Assembly (NCBI RefSeq): GCF_000284455.1
Contig: NC_017039.1
Coordinates: 3,420,001 to 3,452,000, forward strand
Source: Synechocystis sp. PCC 6803 substr. PCC-P
GTDB lineage: Bacteria > Cyanobacteriota > Cyanobacteriia > Cyanobacteriales > Microcystaceae
DNA: 32,000 nt
Direction of reading: 5' to 3'
The position numbers and the translations under genes are program-made. Of the stretch, positions 9,866 to 19,304 are shown in pieces. How positions within the stretch are numbered: the stretch's first letter is position 1; each line of letters opens with the position of its first letter. The notes beneath the pieces were generated by a model. That model was given only the letters and a program-made list of their open reading frames with translations. It made no database searches and was not told the origin of the DNA.

Positions 9866-9899
9866 TTGTGTTAACGTTCAGGGGAGTTGCTTAACACAA
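9866..9899 (+). promoter_or_regulatory. 9-bp-arm inverted repeat upstream of kaiA (ttgtgttaa-N16-ttaacacaa)
   Basis: Perfect 9-bp arms seen directly, followed by tttt. Lies about 107 nt upstream of the kaiA GTG in the pgm/kaiA divergent intergenic region. Function not established. Confidence 0.3.
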
Positions 9900-9906
9900 T
9901 TTTCCA

Positions 9907-9921
9907 ATTAATAGTATTAAT
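9907..9921 (+). promoter_or_regulatory. 15-nt palindrome attaata-g-tattaat (contains a -10-like TATTAAT)
   Basis: Seen directly, about 85 nt upstream of kaiA. Candidate promoter or operator element. Confidence 0.25.
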
Positions 9922-10005
9922 ATTTTCTTAACTTGCACCGTACCATGGTGAGAAAGCCTATCTGAGCCCTTATTTGATTAACCTTCGACTGATTATTGAT
10001 CCCCT

Positions 10006-10905
10006 GTGCAGTCTCCCCTCTCCCTCTGTCTTTTTGCTCCCGAACACGTTGCCCATAGACTCAGGTCTATTTTCCAGGGCGATCGCCATTACCTATCGAC
10101 TTTTCAAGCACTAGATGATTTTTGTGCCTTTCTAGAAGACAAACCTGAGCGGATTGATTGCCTGTTAGTCTATTACGAAGCTAATTCCCTTCCAGTGCTG
10201 AATCGTCTCTATGAACAGGGGCGATTGTTGCCGATTATTTTGCTCGAACCCAGTCCTTCTGCCCTAGCCAAAACCACCGACGAACACCCCACCATTGTCT
10301 ATCACAACGCTGAAATTCATCTGCCCGAATCCCAATGGTCGGAACTGCCCACCGTCGTAGACCGGGCGATCGCCCATTACCTACACCTTGGCCCCATCTG
10401 TACCCTCCCCAACCAAACGGAAACTATCCCCGCCCCGATTGTCGATGAATCATCCCAAAGCTTTTTACTCCTACAACAAAGAAGGCTGGCTGACAAACTT
10501 AAAGAAAGACTCGGTTACCTAGGAGTGTACTACAAACGTAAGCCCAGTCACTTTTACCGCAACTTTTCCCCCCAGGAAAAACAAGAATACCTAGAAGATT
10601 TAAGCTCCCAATATCGAGAGATTATTCTCAGTTATTTTAGTGACGAAGGCACAGTTAATGACCTGTTAGATCAATTTGTTAATCAGGCTTTCTTTGCCGA
10701 CCTAGCCATTTCTCAAATCCTGGAAATTCACATGGAATTAATGGATGAATTTTCCCAGCATCTAAAGCTAGAAGGGCGGAGCGAAGAAGTCCTCCTAGAC
10801 TATCGTTTAGTGTTGATCGACATCCTCGCCCATCTGGGGGAAATGTATCGCCGTTCCATCCCCCGGGAGGACATTCCCTTTGATGTATATTATCAGACGG
10901 ATTAA
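10006..10905 (+). CDS. kaiA: Circadian clock protein KaiA
   Basis: 299 aa with a GTG start. The sequence MQSPLSLCLFAPEHVAHRLRSIF.. and the C-terminal KaiC-binding domain are recognised as Synechocystis KaiA. Followed by kaiB and kaiC. Confidence 0.95.
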   Translation: MQSPLSLCLFAPEHVAHRLRSIFQGDRHYLSTFQALDDFCAFLEDKPERIDCLLVYYEANSLPVLNRLYEQGRLLPIILLEPSPSALAKTTDEHPTIVYHNAEIHLPESQWSELPTVVDRAIAHYLHLGPICTLPNQTETIPAPIVDESSQSFLLLQQRRLADKLKERLGYLGVYYKRKPSHFYRNFSPQEKQEYLEDLSSQYREIILSYFSDEGTVNDLLDQFVNQAFFADLAISQILEIHMELMDEFSQHLKLEGRSEEVLLDYRLVLIDILAHLGEMYRRSIPREDIPFDVYYQTD

Positions 10906-11031
10906 TAACCAAATGCTACGGTTTAATCATCAGCTCAACTCTTGGCTGTTGAAACTACCTCGATTCTCTGGTTATCTATTTTCTTAGTTGTTTCTTGGTT
11001 GGTTTCCCCCTCGTTCTAGTAAACCCGTAAA

Positions 11032-11349
11032 ATGAGCCCCTTTAAAAAAACTTACGTTCTCAAACTCTACGTAGCTGGCAACACCCCCAACTCTGTGCGG
11101 GCCTTAAAAATGCTAAAAAATATCCTTGAGCAAGAATTCCAGGGAGTTTATGCCCTCAAAGTAATCGACGTGTTGAAAAATCCCCAATTAGCCGAAGAAG
11201 ATAAAATTCTTGCCACCCCCACCTTGGCTAAAATCCTACCGCCCCCTGTCAGGAAAATCATCGGCGACCTTTCCGACCGAGAGAAAGTATTGATTGGTTT
11301 AGACCTGCTCTATGACGAAATTCGGGAACGGGAAGCAGAAGACCAATAG
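11032..11349 (+). CDS. kaiB: Circadian clock protein KaiB
   Basis: 105 aa. ..[26 protein letters not shown].. thioredoxin-like KaiB signature. Confidence 0.95.
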
Positions 11350-11519
11350 AAAATCGGGGAACAGGGCGAGATATTTCCCCCATCAACACACATCATCAGA
11401 CTCCTAACAAACTTTAATCCTGCCCCTCAAACTCAACACATTCAATCAGTTTTAGTCAAACTGTTATTTAGTTTTAATTTTACTAACTTTTTTCTTCTTT
11501 AAAAATCTAAATTTAGCTA

Positions 11520-13079
11520 ATGAACTTACCGATTGTTAACGAACGTAATCGCCCCGATGTGCCAAGGAAGGGAGTGCAAAAAATTCGTACTGTGATCGAG
11601 GGCTTTGACGAAATTACCCACGGCGGTTTACCCATTGGCCGTACAACCCTGGTGAGTGGCACCTCCGGCACAGGCAAAACTCTCTTGGCAGTACAATTTC
11701 TTTACCAAGGCATTCACCATTTCGATTATCCGGGTTTATTCATTACATTTGAAGAATCCCCCAGTGACATTATTGAAAATGCCTATAGTTTTGGCTGGGA
11801 TTTACAACAATTAATTGACGATGGCAAATTGTTTATCCTCGATGCTTCCCCCGATCCGGAAGGGCAGGAAGTGGTGGGCACCTTTGATCTGTCGGCCTTA
11901 ATTGAAAGAATTCAGTATGCAGTGCGGAAATATAAAGCCAAGTTAGTTTCCATTGATTCGGTCACAGCGGTATTTCAACAATATGATGCGGCTTCGGTGG
12001 TGCGGCGGGAAATTTTTCGTTTGGTGGCTAGGTTAAAACAGCTCCAGGTAACGTCCATTATGACCACCGAACGGGTGGAAGAATATGGCCCCATTGCCCG
12101 CTTTGGCGTAGAGGAATTCGTCTCCGATAACGTGGTGGTTTTGCGTAATGTTTTAGAAGGGGAACGGCGACGACGCACGGTGGAAATCCTCAAACTACGG
12201 GGTACCACCCACATGAAGGGGGAATATCCTTTCACTATCACCCACGACGGCATTAACATTTTTCCCCTGGGAGCCATGCGCCTCACCCAGAGGTCTTCCA
12301 ATGCCCGCATTTCATCGGGAGTACAAACCTTGGACGAAATGTGTGGCGGTGGCTTTTTCAAAGATTCGATTATTCTGGCTACGGGGGCTACTGGTACGGG
12401 CAAAACCCTGTTGGTAAGCAAATTTTTGCAGGAAGGTTGTCGCCAAAGAGAACGGGCCATTTTGTTTGCCTATGAGGAATCCAGGGCTCAGCTTTCCCGC
12501 AACGCTTCTTCCTGGGGCATTGATTTTGAAGAAATGGAACACAAGGGTTTATTAAAACTTCTTTGTACCTATCCAGAATCGGCGGGCTTGGAGGATCATT
12601 TGCAAATGATCAAGTCGGAAATATCGGAATTTAAACCTTCCCGCATTGCCATTGATTCCCTTTCTGCCCTGGCCCGGGGAGTGACCAATAATGCTTTCCG
12701 TCAATTTGTCATTGGGGTAACGGGCTACGCCAAACAGGAGGAGATTACTGGCTTCTTTACCAATACCACGGACCAATTTATGGGGGCCCATTCCATTACG
12801 GAATCCCATATTTCCACCATTACAGACACCATTTTGATGTTGCAGTATGTGGAAATCCGAGGAGAAATGTCCCGGGCATTGAATGTGTTTAAAATGCGGG
12901 GTTCCTGGCATGATAAAGGCATTCGAGAATATAGCATTAGCCATGATGGCCCTGATATTCGCGATTCCTTCCGCAATTATGAGCGGATTATCAGTGGTTC
13001 CCCCACCCGCATTAGTGTGGATGAAAAATCTGAGCTTTCCCGCATTGTCCGGGGTGTTAAGGACAAGACCGCTGAGTAG
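11520..13079 (+). CDS. kaiC: Circadian clock protein KaiC (double RecA/P-loop ATPase)
   Basis: 519 aa. Two Walker A motifs (GTSGTGKT and GATGTGKT). The ..DSHISTITDTI.. phosphosite region is present (here ..ESHISTITDTIL..). Confidence 0.97.
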   Translation: MNLPIVNERNRPDVPRKGVQKIRTVIEGFDEITHGGLPIGRTTLVSGTSGTGKTLLAVQFLYQGIHHFDYPGLFITFEESPSDIIENAYSFGWDLQQLIDDGKLFILDASPDPEGQEVVGTFDLSALIERIQYAVRKYKAKLVSIDSVTAVFQQYDAASVVRREIFRLVARLKQLQVTSIMTTERVEEYGPIARFGVEEFVSDNVVVLRNVLEGERRRRTVEILKLRGTTHMKGEYPFTITHDGINIFPLGAMRLTQRSSNARISSGVQTLDEMCGGGFFKDSIILATGATGTGKTLLVSKFLQEGCRQRERAILFAYEESRAQLSRNASSWGIDFEEMEHKGLLKLLCTYPESAGLEDHLQMIKSEISEFKPSRIAIDSLSALARGVTNNAFRQFVIGVTGYAKQEEITGFFTNTTDQFMGAHSITESHISTITDTILMLQYVEIRGEMSRALNVFKMRGSWHDKGIREYSISHDGPDIRDSFRNYERIISGSPTRISVDEKSELSRIVRGVKDKTAE

Positions 13080-13096
13080 GATTGAAAAAGGGTAAA

Positions 13097-13125
13097 CTTT
13101 CCCATCCGAATCTTGGTTGGGAAAG
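13097..13125. terminator. Hairpin between convergent kaiC and the 1771-aa gene (ctttccca-N13-tgggaaag)
   Basis: 8-bp stem seen directly. On the minus strand it is followed by tttacccttttt. It is the only obvious structure in the 93-nt gap between the two stop codons. Confidence 0.35.
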
Positions 13126-13172
13126 GCGGCATGGACAGTGGTTAAGGGTTAGTTTTCTGGGGAATTTAATAA

Positions 13173-16100
13173 CTAAATGTTCCCAGCAAAATCCAGACTG
13201 ATGAGAAGATCGTTAAAGTCTCGATCGCCACCGCCGAATAGATCCTCAACTCCATAAAGGGATTGTCCAAGACGCATGAAGTGACTTTCGTTATCTGGAT
13301 TGGCTTGGTCGTACATAAAGAAAGCGTTGACATTGCCTGGTTGATTACCGGGGTTTTGTTGGAGGAACTGCTCAGTGGTTCCATTGGAGATGAGGAACAA
13401 GCCGTAATTACCCCCTGCTTTTAACTGAGTGGTCGCCGTTTTTTGGGAAAAATTGTCTGGGGCACTAAAGGTGATGCCTCCAGTTAAAGGATCTCGACTC
13501 TGGGTCATGCGAACCGCCGCTTCAGCATAGCCCGCTTGCCCTGGCGAGAAATCGATTATGCCATCGTTATTGATATCAATATCCCCATTGGCATTAGCGA
13601 GTTTATACAAACCAAGGGTGTTTTGATATTCACCAGCACGATGGATTTGAATATCAGTGGCGATCGCCTCTCCTTGCAAACCGGGGACAACGAGGGGAAG
13701 GGTAAAAACTTCGACGGCATATTTCCCGTTGGGGGTGTCTGCGGAAATTTGGGTAAAACCCCGACCATCCTGGGTCACTGACAAATTCTCATCCTCAACA
13801 GAAAACATTTCGTTACTGTTCAAGTCAAGGATATAGGGAGTCAAACTATAAGCATCCTCAATGGTGACCTGGGAAAACGTACCGATGTCCTTATGTTCGG
13901 TGGAAGCCAGGGAATTACCGGAAGTAAGCACTTGTTGAGCCAGAGTTCGGTTTAAGGCCAAACCATCCGCCGGAGCGGCTTCCAAAACAGGGCTAAATGA
14001 ACTCCGTTCACCGTTACGAAAAACCCCGGCTTGGGTTTCGAGGGGGATAAAAGCTGACCAACCTTCATCGGTGGGATCATAGGCACCGACCAGCCCCCGG
14101 AAATCATCATAATCAGTTTTAATAAAGCCGAACTCAAAATTGCCACTTACAGGCAAGGACACAGCCCGCACCGTCAATGGTATGGGTTGGCCAAATCCAT
14201 TTAAAAACCCTGAACCACTCACAGGGGTTGCCAATCCTGGTGTTGTTGTCGCTAAAAGCCCGGACAATTCCACTTTGCCATCGGCCAGGCCATCTAGATC
14301 CGATGGTGCGCCGTCTTCAAGGTGGAGAAGAATTTGGTCAAATTTACCGTCATTATTGCTATCGATTAATTCAGCGCCGACGTTACCGTCAAATAAGAAT
14401 TCAGTCCAAATATCAGTTGCCGGATCTTGTCTTAAAAAAGTATTTACTCCCTGGTGCTCCGGTAGTAGATCAATGGCGATCGTGCTGCTATCCCCTGGTT
14501 CAACGGCTAGACTTAGCTTAAAACCTTCAGAAGCAGTGCTATATTCCCAACCGGGAAGTGTGCTGAGGGTGAAAGTGGAAACATTCTTCAATGTATCTCC
14601 GAATTCATCCAGATTAAATTGTCCTAAGGAAGTGCCGACTTCTCCGGTTAAGAAGACAATGTCATGGGAATCTTCTATGGCAAGGGTGGCATCCCCGGCG
14701 GTGTAAAGGATAAAATTCCCGTCTTCATCTTTCCTTTGTCCTTGTTGTTGCCAGTCATCATTGAGATAGATGGTTCCGTTGTCACCTTCGATGCGGAGTA
14801 TATTTCCATCGGGGGCGATCGCCAGGATGGCGGCTTGGTCAAGGACAACTTCTCCTGCATCGGCGAGTTGAAATATTTCAATGCCTTTAATGTTGATCGT
14901 CTCGCTTTCTGCCAGATTGAGCAATTGAATGCCCGCTAAAGTATCGGTACCTCCGCCACCGTCAATAAAATCGTCTCCTAAACTCCACCAGATGATGTCA
15001 TCTCCGAGGCCGCCCAAAAGGGTATCATCACCTTCCCCGCCGATGATTATGTCATTGCCTTCTCCCCCATTTAAATGGACACCACCGAAACTGTTGTCGG
15101 GGGAAGCTTGCAAAAGGTCGTTTCCTGCTCCACCTAAAACTTTCGTGTAAGAACCCACTACAAAGGTATTATTTCCCCTCTCCATGGTGATAAGTTTAGG
15201 ATTGGCATTGATAACCAGGTTGTCATCCCCTAGACTATCACCGTTTCCGGAAGCAACAATCAGGGAATTGAGGTTAATGGGATTATTTTTTTGGTACTCA
15301 AATATGTCGAAGTCTTCCGGTAAATTAATCACTTGAAGCTGTTCAAGGGAATACTCAAGCACCTGCACCCGTTGGGTTTCTAGATAAACATCACCGAATT
15401 GATTTTCAACTTTAAATTGCAGCCAATGTTCTCCTAGTTGGTCAACCGTCGGCTGCCAAATAAGTTGATTGGTTACTGGGTCATAGCTGGCCCCTTCCGG
15501 CAGAATTAGGGGAGTTACGGTTTCATTTTCAGCCTTGCTAACTTCACGGGTATAAGTTTCGCCCAACACCGCAACGTATTCCCACTCATCGCTCTCACCT
15601 AAGGCGATCGCCGCATCATAATTACCTGCCACCGCCAGGGATGTTTTCCCTACCGCCCCTAGGCGATCGTTATCGTCCACCGATTGAATTTGAAAGCGGT
15701 ATAATTCCCCTTCGGTCAGGCCATCAACAATAAGTCTGTGATAGAAACGTCCATCTTCCTCTTCGTAAATAGTTACTAAGCCGGAAGTAGGTTGAATACC
15801 GCTAAAATCAGGGTCTAGGGGATTATCAAGAACTCCCGCAGGATTATTAGACCAGCGTACATTGTAGTACTGGGGCGTTGCGGTATCGCTCCAGGTTACC
15901 GAAAACTTACCGTCCCCAATCCAGTTGGCGCTGAGATCCTTAACAACGGGTAAATCATTGCCTTGGCCCAACTCAATGCCGCCAATGGGAAGGTTACTAT
16001 CCGTTGCTGAACCAGTGCTTGTCGCCACACTGAGATCGCCAGTAAAATACCGGTCATTGGGTAAGTGCCCCTCACTTTCCGCCGATGCATACAAGTGGTA

Positions 16101-18488
16101 AACACTTTGGGGAACATTGCTTAAATCCCAACGGTAGCGGTAGCTTCCACTTGATTTGGGGTCGTGGTCAATTGTGGTGATGAGGAAACCATCTCCCCCC
16201 TTGCCATCGGTGTCCGCATAAAGATTAACTTTAATATTTTCGGCAAAGGGATCGCCAGTAACGGTGTAAAGAATGTCTACCCACTGGCGATTAGGATCCC
16301 GAGCAAATTGCTTAATTTCTGCAACGGGGGCGATGGAATTTTGAACCATTTTGATTTGAATTGGCCCGATATCATCCGACCGAACTTGCTCAACTGTCCA
16401 GGTTCCCGCTTCCGGTCTCGGAATGAAGAGAGAAGTCCCGAACTCATCACTAAACTCGTTCCAGAGCTTGACCCTAGTCCCTTGTAAATAATCTGCGTAT
16501 CTGTAGACAGTTCCGCTGGGGGACCTCAGGTTAAACATCGCTGCTGGGGTCTCGTAGCGACCTCTTCTCAGCCACCGAATACTTACCGACGCCCATTCTC
16601 GCCCTTGACGGACATTAAAGGATTGTCTTGCTAGCTGATCGCCGGCGTTCTGCTCTTCATAAGCCGCTAGGGCTGATTCAGATGTGGCGAGTAAACCAAA
16701 TTCATCAAGGGAATCCACCGTTGCTATGCCGCCAAATCCCTTAATATCCTCTCCCTTGACGATGCCAACCTTGCCGTCAAATCCGACCCTAAAGCCAATA
16801 CTATCTTTGAAAAACAAAGTATTTACATCTACCCATCCCGCAACAAAACCATATTCAGGTCGAAACTGAGCTGTGGGGTGGTAGGGGGCAGCATACTTGA
16901 TCATGGCGTTGGCCCCAGCAAGTTGTAGCCCACCTAAAAAGGGTATAAAAGTCGGTATGTTAAGCCTTGCCCCCGACCGAAGGCTAAAGTTAAGCCTTGC
17001 ATCTATGCTGAACTCTCCATTTGTTGTTATTACGTCGAACGGCGTGCGGTAAGTGGTATTGGTTTTCAGTACTACTCCCGTACCCTTGATTGCAGCATCA
17101 AGGTTGAGGAAGGATCGACTCTCTGCAACTGGGAATCCCAGAATACTAATTTTGGCGGCTAGGTCAATGCCCACCGGAATTTTTAGTGTTACTGCTCCAT
17201 CGATACGGACAGCACTGATGCCCTCACCTTTTTTGCTGCCCCCTAGCCAATCGGGGAAATCCACCTCAAATGATTGCCCCAGGGACACCGCAAGAGACCC
17301 GCCCAGATTGAAACTTTGCCCCGGAGCCAAGGGCGGAATATTTTCAAAATCAACCCCAATGCGCTGGAGGTAAATTTGAGATTCTGGTGTAGAAATCAAG
17401 GCATTCAGATTGTCTGCATAAAGACCAATAGTACTGATTCGAATATCAGCGATACCTCCTGCAGGATTTGTTGTAAATTCTGTTCCAATCCTGCCGCCCA
17501 CCTTCAGGTTGTTCCAAGGACGAATCAGTATTTCACCAGCTACCGTCGCTTGTTTTTTGATTGAATTAAAATCAAAACTTAAAAGATTAATCCTAACAGC
17601 GCCGAAGTCAACGAATTCAATGGAAGCGAGAAAAACCGTTTGAACATCATTATCGAAAATACGGATAAATCGCTGGCCGGCGATATCGACTCCAATTTTT
17701 GCCATTTTGAACAAGTCAACATCGGCTTTCCCCTGAACTTGAACGTACTTGTCGATACTATTAATTTCTAGAGCTACTCCGGTAATACCACCAATCTTAA
17801 TTGGTTTCTTCGGATCATCTGGTTTTCCTGGTTTTGGATCCCTAGGTTCAAAAGTTGGAATATTGAACGCACCCTTGTTTTTTTTCTGGTAGTACCAGTT
17901 GAAAGCATTGCCTAAATTGATATCCGGCAACTGGATACGTCCCCCGCTTATTGTCGGAGTGCCTCCAGGGAAAGTAAGATCAAAAAAAGAGTCAGTAGTT
18001 GGGATGTTGATACCGGGAAAGATATCTGGAGCCGCTCGATATGAAACAGCACCTGCATTGTTTTCACCATCAAAAAAAGTAATGTTTTGGTAATTGAGAC
18101 CGATGATGTCCTGCACTGGATCATAGCCACCTTCAATACGGTCACTACGCTTTACTTGACCTACCAACTTATCTTTATTCTTCTCCGATAAAACATCATT
18201 AAAAGCGACAGCTCCCCGGAAAAGCCTGATGGGCTGAGGACCTGCAAGACTATAAAATGTTCCCAGGGCAGCTACATTTTGAATCTTTTTTCCATCTTTG
18301 TTTACATACTCTAAAACTTCGATGTAATTGCCATCACTGCGACGACCGTCCCCAACCTGAATTAATGCAGTACCATCCCAATAAAGCTTGACATCATCGT
18401 AGACCGATTTAGTTGCCTCTGTTCCATTTTCCAGGAAGACAGTTTTTTGTTCGAGTAAATTACCAGTAAATTTGAATTTGTTAGCCAT
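13173..18488 (-). CDS. Giant (1771 aa) leaderless extracellular-type multidomain protein: internal RTX-like Ca-binding block, FN3-like module, C-terminal DUF4114-like domain
   Basis: Uninterrupted 5.3-kb ORF with an ATG start. GGxGxD nonapeptide run ..GGAGNDLL..GGEGNDIIIGGEGDDTLLGGLGDDII.. at about nt 14940-15140. FN3-like ..FSVTWSD..YNVRWS..YRFQIQSVD.. at about 15650-15960. The C-terminus ..DLFGGGDRDFNDLLISLDF.. is typical of DUF4114. No Sec/Tat signal peptide at the N-terminus (MANKFKFTGNLLEQ..). Confidence 0.85.
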   Translation of the reverse strand: MANKFKFTGNLLEQKTVFLENGTEATKSVYDDVKLYWDGTALIQVGDGRRSDGNYIEVLEYVNKDGKKIQNVAALGTFYSLAGPQPIRLFRGAVAFNDVLSEKNKDKLVGQVKRSDRIEGGYDPVQDIIGLNYQNITFFDGENNAGAVSYRAAPDIFPGINIPTTDSFFDLTFPGGTPTISGGRIQLPDINLGNAFNWYYQKKNKGAFNIPTFEPRDPKPGKPDDPKKPIKIGGITGVALEINSIDKYVQVQGKADVDLFKMAKIGVDIAGQRFIRIFDNDVQTVFLASIEFVDFGAVRINLLSFDFNSIKKQATVAGEILIRPWNNLKVGGRIGTEFTTNPAGGIADIRISTIGLYADNLNALISTPESQIYLQRIGVDFENIPPLAPGQSFNLGGSLAVSLGQSFEVDFPDWLGGSKKGEGISAVRIDGAVTLKIPVGIDLAAKISILGFPVAESRSFLNLDAAIKGTGVVLKTNTTYRTPFDVITTNGEFSIDARLNFSLRSGARLNIPTFIPFLGGLQLAGANAMIKYAAPYHPTAQFRPEYGFVAGWVDVNTLFFKDSIGFRVGFDGKVGIVKGEDIKGFGGIATVDSLDEFGLLATSESALAAYEEQNAGDQLARQSFNVRQGREWASVSIRWLRRGRYETPAAMFNLRSPSGTVYRYADYLQGTRVKLWNEFSDEFGTSLFIPRPEAGTWTVEQVRSDDIGPIQIKMVQNSIAPVAEIKQFARDPNRQWVDILYTVTGDPFAENIKVNLYADTDGKGGDGFLITTIDHDPKSSGSYRYRWDLSNVPQSVYHLYASAESEGHLPNDRYFTGDLSVATSTGSATDSNLPIGGIELGQGNDLPVVKDLSANWIGDGKFSVTWSDTATPQYYNVRWSNNPAGVLDNPLDPDFSGIQPTSGLVTIYEEEDGRFYHRLIVDGLTEGELYRFQIQSVDDNDRLGAVGKTSLAVAGNYDAAIALGESDEWEYVAVLGETYTREVSKAENETVTPLILPEGASYDPVTNQLIWQPTVDQLGEHWLQFKVENQFGDVYLETQRVQVLEYSLEQLQVINLPEDFDIFEYQKNNPINLNSLIVASGNGDSLGDDNLVINANPKLITMERGNNTFVVGSYTKVLGGAGNDLLQASPDNSFGGVHLNGGEGNDIIIGGEGDDTLLGGLGDDIIWWSLGDDFIDGGGGTDTLAGIQLLNLAESETINIKGIEIFQLADAGEVVLDQAAILAIAPDGNILRIEGDNGTIYLNDDWQQQGQRKDEDGNFILYTAGDATLAIEDSHDIVFLTGEVGTSLGQFNLDEFGDTLKNVSTFTLSTLPGWEYSTASEGFKLSLAVEPGDSSTIAIDLLPEHQGVNTFLRQDPATDIWTEFLFDGNVGAELIDSNNDGKFDQILLHLEDGAPSDLDGLADGKVELSGLLATTTPGLATPVSGSGFLNGFGQPIPLTVRAVSLPVSGNFEFGFIKTDYDDFRGLVGAYDPTDEGWSAFIPLETQAGVFRNGERSSFSPVLEAAPADGLALNRTLAQQVLTSGNSLASTEHKDIGTFSQVTIEDAYSLTPYILDLNSNEMFSVEDENLSVTQDGRGFTQISADTPNGKYAVEVFTLPLVVPGLQGEAIATDIQIHRAGEYQNTLGLYKLANANGDIDINNDGIIDFSPGQAGYAEAAVRMTQSRDPLTGGITFSAPDNFSQKTATTQLKAGGNYGLFLISNGTTEQFLQQNPGNQPGNVNAFFMYDQANPDNESHFMRLGQSLYGVEDLFGGGDRDFNDLLISLDFAGNI

Positions 18489-18919
18489 GGCAAAGAAGCT
18501 CTTAACTTAAGTGTTAACAAGAATGGAAAAAGTATTAAGTTGCAGATTCTTAGAATCTTTGAAAATCGGGTCAATCATTCCCGGGTGAACGTCTCGAACA
18601 ATTGTCTTAAATAAATCTAAAATTTAGACAGGCCCCTCTTCCCTTTGTTTTTTCACAAAAACCTGGGTTTCTGTCTTTTGTTAACCGTTATAAATGGCAG
18701 AGTGATTGAGGTAAAATCCAAATTTTTGGAAAAGTTTTTTATTAATGCTTTACAGATTTTACAAAAATTTAAACATTTACCCGGAGCCCTTGAGTTCTGT
18801 ATTGAACTCGAGTCAACCACGCCCTGTAACCATAACACAAAGTTCACTTTTGGTCAAAATCATACAAATTTTAATTATTTTTAGCTATTTTCAACAACCT
18901 TAATGTTCTCTTAATATTC

Positions 18920-19119
18920 CCCTAGCATTTTTTTTGTAAAATTGACGTTATTTATATTTTTAAGCTTGCCTGAGATACACCTTTCTAAGGTGACTTTAGC
19001 TTGACAAATTATCCATGCCCGTGATTTGTTAATCAATTTCCCGAGCAATACGAAACGATTCTCGGTGCGGTAGGGGCAAATATTTCCGGAGGACAAAAAC
19101 AAAGCTTGGCGATCGCCAG
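18920..19119 (+). pseudogene. Decayed fragment of a PCAT/ABC-exporter gene (NBD Q-loop to signature-motif region)
   Basis: 19025-19119 is 88/95 identical by hand alignment to 28420-28514 of the intact ABC gene. That region encodes ..FVSQFPEQYETILGAVAANISGGQKQRLAIA.. A 1-nt deletion lies just upstream, and weaker similarity is traceable back to about 18920. The homology ends abruptly 3 nt past a HIP1 site (19109-19116). Confidence 0.75.
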
Positions 19120-19304
19120 TGATTATGATAAGTAGATGGCCATTTTGCTGAACCTAAATCGGGGAATTATTCCCAACAATGAAACGACCCCAGGTAAAGC
19201 CATGGTGGTTAAGTTGATATCGCCTGGAGTCTTGTTAAAGTCGGCCACTATCAAAGGAGATATGTGGTCTCCGAGTCTGAAAATTTAACCCTATCAAAAA
19301 AACT

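Noticed and set aside
13536-18574. Many 60-190-aa ORFs on both strands inside the 1771-aa gene. Similar nested ORFs occur inside accA, pgm, kaiC, the RTX gene, the PCAT gene and the porin gene.
   Set aside because: All are embedded in much longer ORFs with recognisable domains. Their compositions (Pro/Ser/Arg-rich) are typical of alternative-frame noise.
18645-19102. ORFs 18645-18884 (+), 18653-18847 (-) and 18911-19102 (-) in the long AT-rich spacer
   Set aside because: They have AT-rich low-complexity products. The last one is antisense to the ABC-gene relic, which explains that sequence better.
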